NCBI GenBank assembly: GCA_963696385.1 | Contig: CAVOKF010000005.1 | Span: 832,001-896,000, forward strand | DNA: 64,000 bases | Direction of reading: 5' to 3' | Origin: an uncultured delta proteobacterium | GTDB taxonomy: Bacteria; Myxococcota_A; Polyangia; Polyangiales; Polyangiaceae | In this document: in pieces, positions 61,290-64,000 of the stretch | How the letters are laid out: each line of letters opens with the position of its first letter | Numbering within the stretch: position 1 is the first letter of the stretch | Translations under genes and position numbers: made by a program | The notes under the pieces: generated by a model | What the model saw: only the letters and a program-made list of their open reading frames with translations | Told to the model about the DNA's origin: nothing | Database searches by the model: none

Positions 61290-61970
61290 GTGCCGCGCGA
61301 AACACCCTCTCTTCCCTCCACGCTCGAGATCGGCGGCTCCGGCCCGGGCGACCAAGTCGACCCGGATCTCGTCAGCTTGCCGGATCCTCCGCGGGCCAGG
61401 CAGTGGCTCGCGATGCTCGTGCTCGTCGTGGGGACCGTCGCAGCCGTTGCCATGGCGGTCCTGCTGCGGCGCGACGCCGCTTATGCGTTTGCGTCCACGA
61501 CCCCGTCCGGGGTGGTCGACCTGCGGACGGCGACGCAAGAGGCGCTGGCTGCGCACGACAACGCCTTGATCCGAGCGGAGGGGCTGCTCGGGGCCGCAGG
61601 GGGGATTCGCTACGAGCGACCGCTTCGAGACGACACGTTTCGAGCCCTGCCCATCGTCGGCCGTACCGAAGGCGACGGCGTGTGGGTCGAAGTCCGAGTC
61701 CCGTCGGGTCAAGAAAGCGGTCGATGGGAACCACCTCGGGCCTTCGTCGGGCGGCTCGTTCGCTTCGACGAAGTGGGGCCGCGTCATCGCGGTATCGCCC
61801 GCACGATCGAAGAGACGACGCGGATGCGCGTCGGGCCGAGTGCGTTTCTGCTCATCGATGGGGAAGAGCCCACCCGGGAGCGCTGGGCAGTCCTGCTTTG
61901 GGTGATGTTTTTGGGCTTTGCCGCGTGGAACGCCGTCGCTCTGGCGCGGCTCGCTCGACCCGTAAAGTGA
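61290..61970 (+). CDS. Hypothetical two-TM membrane protein with extracytoplasmic beta-rich domain
   Basis: 226-aa ORF with GC-rich third codon positions and N- and C-terminal TM helices; start codon uncertain. Confidence 0.7.
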   Translation: MPRETPSLPSTLEIGGSGPGDQVDPDLVSLPDPPRARQWLAMLVLVVGTVAAVAMAVLLRRDAAYAFASTTPSGVVDLRTATQEALAAHDNALIRAEGLLGAAGGIRYERPLRDDTFRALPIVGRTEGDGVWVEVRVPSGQESGRWEPPRAFVGRLVRFDEVGPRHRGIARTIEETTRMRVGPSAFLLIDGEEPTRERWAVLLWVMFLGFAAWNAVALARLARPVK

Positions 61971-61978
61971 GCCGCTCC

Positions 61979-63040
61979 ATGAAAGTCGCGATCATCGGCG
62001 GTGGCGTGATGGGATGCACGACAGCACTGTCGCTCGCTGAACGAGGCATGCACGTCGTGGTCTTGGAGCGTGCGGTGCCGGGGGCCGAGGCGTCCAGTGC
62101 GGCCGCAGGAATCCTGGGTGCACAAGCCGAGCTCAAGGGGCGTGAAGCCGACGCGGCGATCTTCGTTCGAGCGCGCGACGCCTGGCCGGCCTGGGCTCGA
62201 GCGCTCCGCGAAGGAAGCGGCATCGACGTGGGGCACCGCGTTTCCGGCGTGCTTTGCGTGGGGCGCGACGAATCGGAGCACTCCGATCTGGCCCGTGAAG
62301 TCGCGTGGCAGACGCAGCGAGGGCTCACCGCGTCGTTCATCGGCGGAGCGGAGGCGCGCGCGATCGAACCCGAACTGGGCGCCCAGTTCGCAGCGGCTGC
62401 CCACTTCCCCGACGACGCACAGGTCGACCCCCCGGCCCTTCTGCGCGCGCTGACCGTGATGCTCACGCGCAGCGACCGCGTCACCGTTCGCAGCGGGACA
62501 ACCGTGGATCGGCTGATCGTCGAGCGCGATCGCTGCGTGGGCGTTCGGCTCGACGATGGAGAGACGCGGGCCGACGCCACCGTGATCGCGGCCGGAAGCT
62601 GGTCGTCGTTGATCCCGGGGGTGCCCTCGGCACTTCCCGTCGTGCGTCCCAATCGAGGGCAGCTCGTGCTTCTCGACGAACGGCCCCCTAAAGTCCGCAC
62701 GATCGTCTTTGGCGCTGGCTCCTATCTGGTGCCCCGTGGCGATGGCCGCGTGGTGTGCGGGTCGACGATGGAGAACGTGGGCTTTCGTCGGGAGGTGACC
62801 GCCGCGGGCGTGCACGCCATCCTTTCGGGGGCGCTGGCGTGCGTTCCGTCGCTTGGCCTGGCGCAATTGGCAGCCACCTGGTGTAACTTTAGACCGCGGC
62901 CCGAATCCGGCCAGCCGCTCGTCGGGGCCTCGCCCCTGCCTGGGTTATTCCTGGCGACGGGACACGATCGCAACGGGATCCTGCTTTCCAAGATCACCGG
63001 GGACCTGGTGGCCGATGCCGTTCAGTCGTTCACGGGTTGA
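61979..63040 (+). CDS. Glycine oxidase ThiO / D-amino acid oxidase family
   Basis: IIGGGVMG, ASSAAAGIL, AAGSW, RGQ, YLVPR, GST, TGHDRNGILL. Confidence 0.88.
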   Translation: MKVAIIGGGVMGCTTALSLAERGMHVVVLERAVPGAEASSAAAGILGAQAELKGREADAAIFVRARDAWPAWARALREGSGIDVGHRVSGVLCVGRDESEHSDLAREVAWQTQRGLTASFIGGAEARAIEPELGAQFAAAAHFPDDAQVDPPALLRALTVMLTRSDRVTVRSGTTVDRLIVERDRCVGVRLDDGETRADATVIAAGSWSSLIPGVPSALPVVRPNRGQLVLLDERPPKVRTIVFGAGSYLVPRGDGRVVCGSTMENVGFRREVTAAGVHAILSGALACVPSLGLAQLAATWCNFRPRPESGQPLVGASPLPGLFLATGHDRNGILLSKITGDLVADAVQSFTG

Positions 63041-64000
63041 AATCCGGCGGCGGCGCCGGGGCAGGGCGCGATTCGGGCGGCGTCGAATCGGTGGGCGGTG
63101 CCGCAGCCGGGTGTGGCTTGGTAGCGGGAGCCACCTTCGGCGGGGGCGCTGCAGCAGGCGCGCGCTGTGGGGGCGACGCGTCTTTGTGTAACGACTTCGC
63201 TTCCTTTTTGCTCTCCTTGTCGGCGGGGATCGGCCGCTCGCGAGCCGCTGGCGGCCGAGCGGCGCTCAGCGCGTCCCCCTTTGAGACGTCGAAGCTCGGT
63301 GGCGTGTTCGGATCGCATCCGGGGGCGAATCCCGTCGCGTCGAACTCGTTCGTTAGGCTCCCGGATCGAACTTCGTGGCCCTTGGCGTCGTTGAGGGCCG
63401 CCTCGATACGCACGTCGTGCTTGCCGGCGCGTGACGGCGAACAATACGAGAGCAAGTAAAAACTTCGCGTTCGGCCCTCGATCTGGGCCCCGATCTCATC
63501 GAACGCTTTGACGATGGCATTCTTGTCGGCGGCCATCGCTTTGCCGCTCTTTCCGATCGCGTCGAGGCGCGATGGCCGGATCTCGCCCCCTAGACCAATG
63601 GCAAAGACGTCGAAGGGCATTTCCCTAACGTGCTGGAGCATCGCGGCCTCCGGAACGCGGCTTGCGCGATCGGTACCATCCGTGAAGACGACCAGCGTGC
63701 CGAATCTCAACGGTTGGGGAGCGCGGCTCAGCGCAACGTCCAGCTCATCGAGTGCTTTGACCACCGCTCCGTTCAAGTTGGTGCTCGGGTCCCGCGGCTT
63801 GAACGTCGAGAGCTGCGCTATGCCCGCTTTGGCGCTGCCGGGCTGGTCGGTAAATGGCACGATCGGGTACAGGTCGGGGGTGCCGTCGAAGGCATAGACG
63901 CCGACCTTCTCTTGCTTCTCGATCCGCTCGGTAAAGGTCCTGACCGCCTGCACGAGACTGTCCACGCTACCGCTGCCGCTCACGCTTCCGCTCATGTCGA
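63030..64000 (-). CDS. VWA domain protein with Pro-rich tail (5' end outside the window)
   Basis: MIDAS DMSGS at the window edge, VYAFDG, TNLNGA, VFTDG. Confidence 0.82.
   Translation of the reverse strand, partial: DMSGSVSGSGSVDSLVQAVRTFTERIEKQEKVGVYAFDGTPDLYPIVPFTDQPGSAKAGIAQLSTFKPRDPSTNLNGAVVKALDELDVALSRAPQPLRFGTLVVFTDGTDRASRVPEAAMLQHVREMPFDVFAIGLGGEIRPSRLDAIGKSGKAMAADKNAIVKAFDEIGAQIEGRTRSFYLLSYCSPSRAGKHDVRIEAALNDAKGHEVRSGSLTNEFDATGFAPGCDPNTPPSFDVSKGDALSAARPPAARERPIPADKESKKEAKSLHKDASPPQRAPAAAPPPKVAPATKPHPAAAPPTDSTPPESRPAPAPPPDFNP

Noticed and set aside
59343..63040. Halogenase plus oxidase as a secondary-metabolite cluster
   Set aside because: They are separated by rplS, and there is no NRPS, PKS, RiPP precursor or carrier protein in the window

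Overview
GC-rich chromosomal segment, most likely from a myxobacterium of the Polyangiaceae/Sorangiineae type. This is inferred from a MYXO-CTERM protein, five Hanks-type Ser/Thr kinases and several Cys-rich lipoproteins. Left to right it holds: a sigma54-preceded USP plus cyclic beta-1,2-glucan synthase unit, an S9 peptidase, two pirins, a LOG protein, secreted proteins, an orphan ABC permease pair, a phosphomannomutase, rpmI-rplT, pheS and pheT separated by about 6.5 kb, GH5 and CBM lipoproteins, a kinase-rich block, a MoxR/DUF58/Bat operon interrupted by a histidine kinase, an rlmE-kinase/STAND-LRR operon, stand-alone rplC and rplS, a flavin-dependent halogenase-like gene, a thiO-like gene and a partial VWA gene. 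Six genes carry frameshifts, including the essential pheT, so these are most likely long-read indel errors. The most notable unexplained pattern is three families of small palindromic intergenic repeats. Several begin at CTAG sites that include a TAG stop codon, and three sit where conserved operons are broken (after pheS, moxR and rplC). Also notable are a translationally coupled kinase/partner pair with a Cys-bounded C-terminal tag and a structured leader on the orphan rplC. No tRNA, rRNA, CRISPR array or transposase was recognised.
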